From: Callorhinchus milii
Taxonomy: Eukaryota
Assembly: GCF_018977255.1 (NCBI RefSeq)
Contig: NW_024704742.1
Location: 56,112,001 to 56,176,000, forward strand
Reading direction: 5' to 3'
Length of the DNA stretch: 64,000 nt
Shown: positions 63,663 to 64,000 of the stretch, piece by piece
Layout of the letters: each line of letters opens with the position of its first letter
Position numbering within the stretch: the stretch's first letter is position 1
Position numbers and translations under genes: made by a program
Notes under the pieces: model-generated
What the model saw: only the letters and a program-made list of their open reading frames with translations
The model's database searches: none
What the model was told of the DNA's origin: nothing

Positions 63663-64000
63663 ATCAGATTCTAAGAATGAAGAATAGATGAAGAGGCCTG
63701 AAGACTTGCTGGTTTGGAAACTGGAAAGTGGTGACAGATCTGCTGGGTTAAGAGAGCAGAAAACCAGAGTCAAAACACTTTAGGCAACAGAACTAGAAAT
63801 AAAGAAGGATTTTTTGTGTGATGCTAAAATGTTAATACCATTTGCTTAGCTGCAAAATTCATTGCACAGGTATTTAAGTTGAGTTATAAAATAATGAAAG
63901 AAGCATAAAACTTCTACAGTTCTTATCAGCACCTGAATTTCAGAAGAATAAACTGCAACAGAGCTTGAAGTTAGTGATGTACTAGTCTTTAATGTATTTG

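Overview
This is AT-rich, repeat-dense vertebrate genomic DNA. It is most likely from a cartilaginous fish, probably a chimaera/holocephalan; this is inferred from the Deu-domain tRNA-SINEs, L2/CR1 LINEs and a shark-type Penelope-like repeat. The only host gene I can support is the last coding exon of a melatonin receptor (MTNR1A/Mel1a-type GPCR, 36591-37459, + strand) with its 3' UTR. Exon 1 is not visible, so positions 1-36590 are probably one long intron. Almost every other ORF in the track comes from LINE fragments or is noise. The window is a layered record of mobile elements: several L2 families, CR1, at least three SINE types sharing an L2-like 3' stem-loop, a Tc1/pogo-type MITE, a fossil Harbinger transposase, a palindromic MITE-like family and an unclassified ~600-bp repeat family. 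The most unusual signals are a hammerhead-ribozyme-like Penelope remnant, a SINE carrying an inverted copy of its own tail, and three local 130-180 bp templated duplications. I found no prokaryote-type system (CRISPR, operon, rRNA) and no clearly new biological system. Repeat boundaries were read by eye and are approximate.
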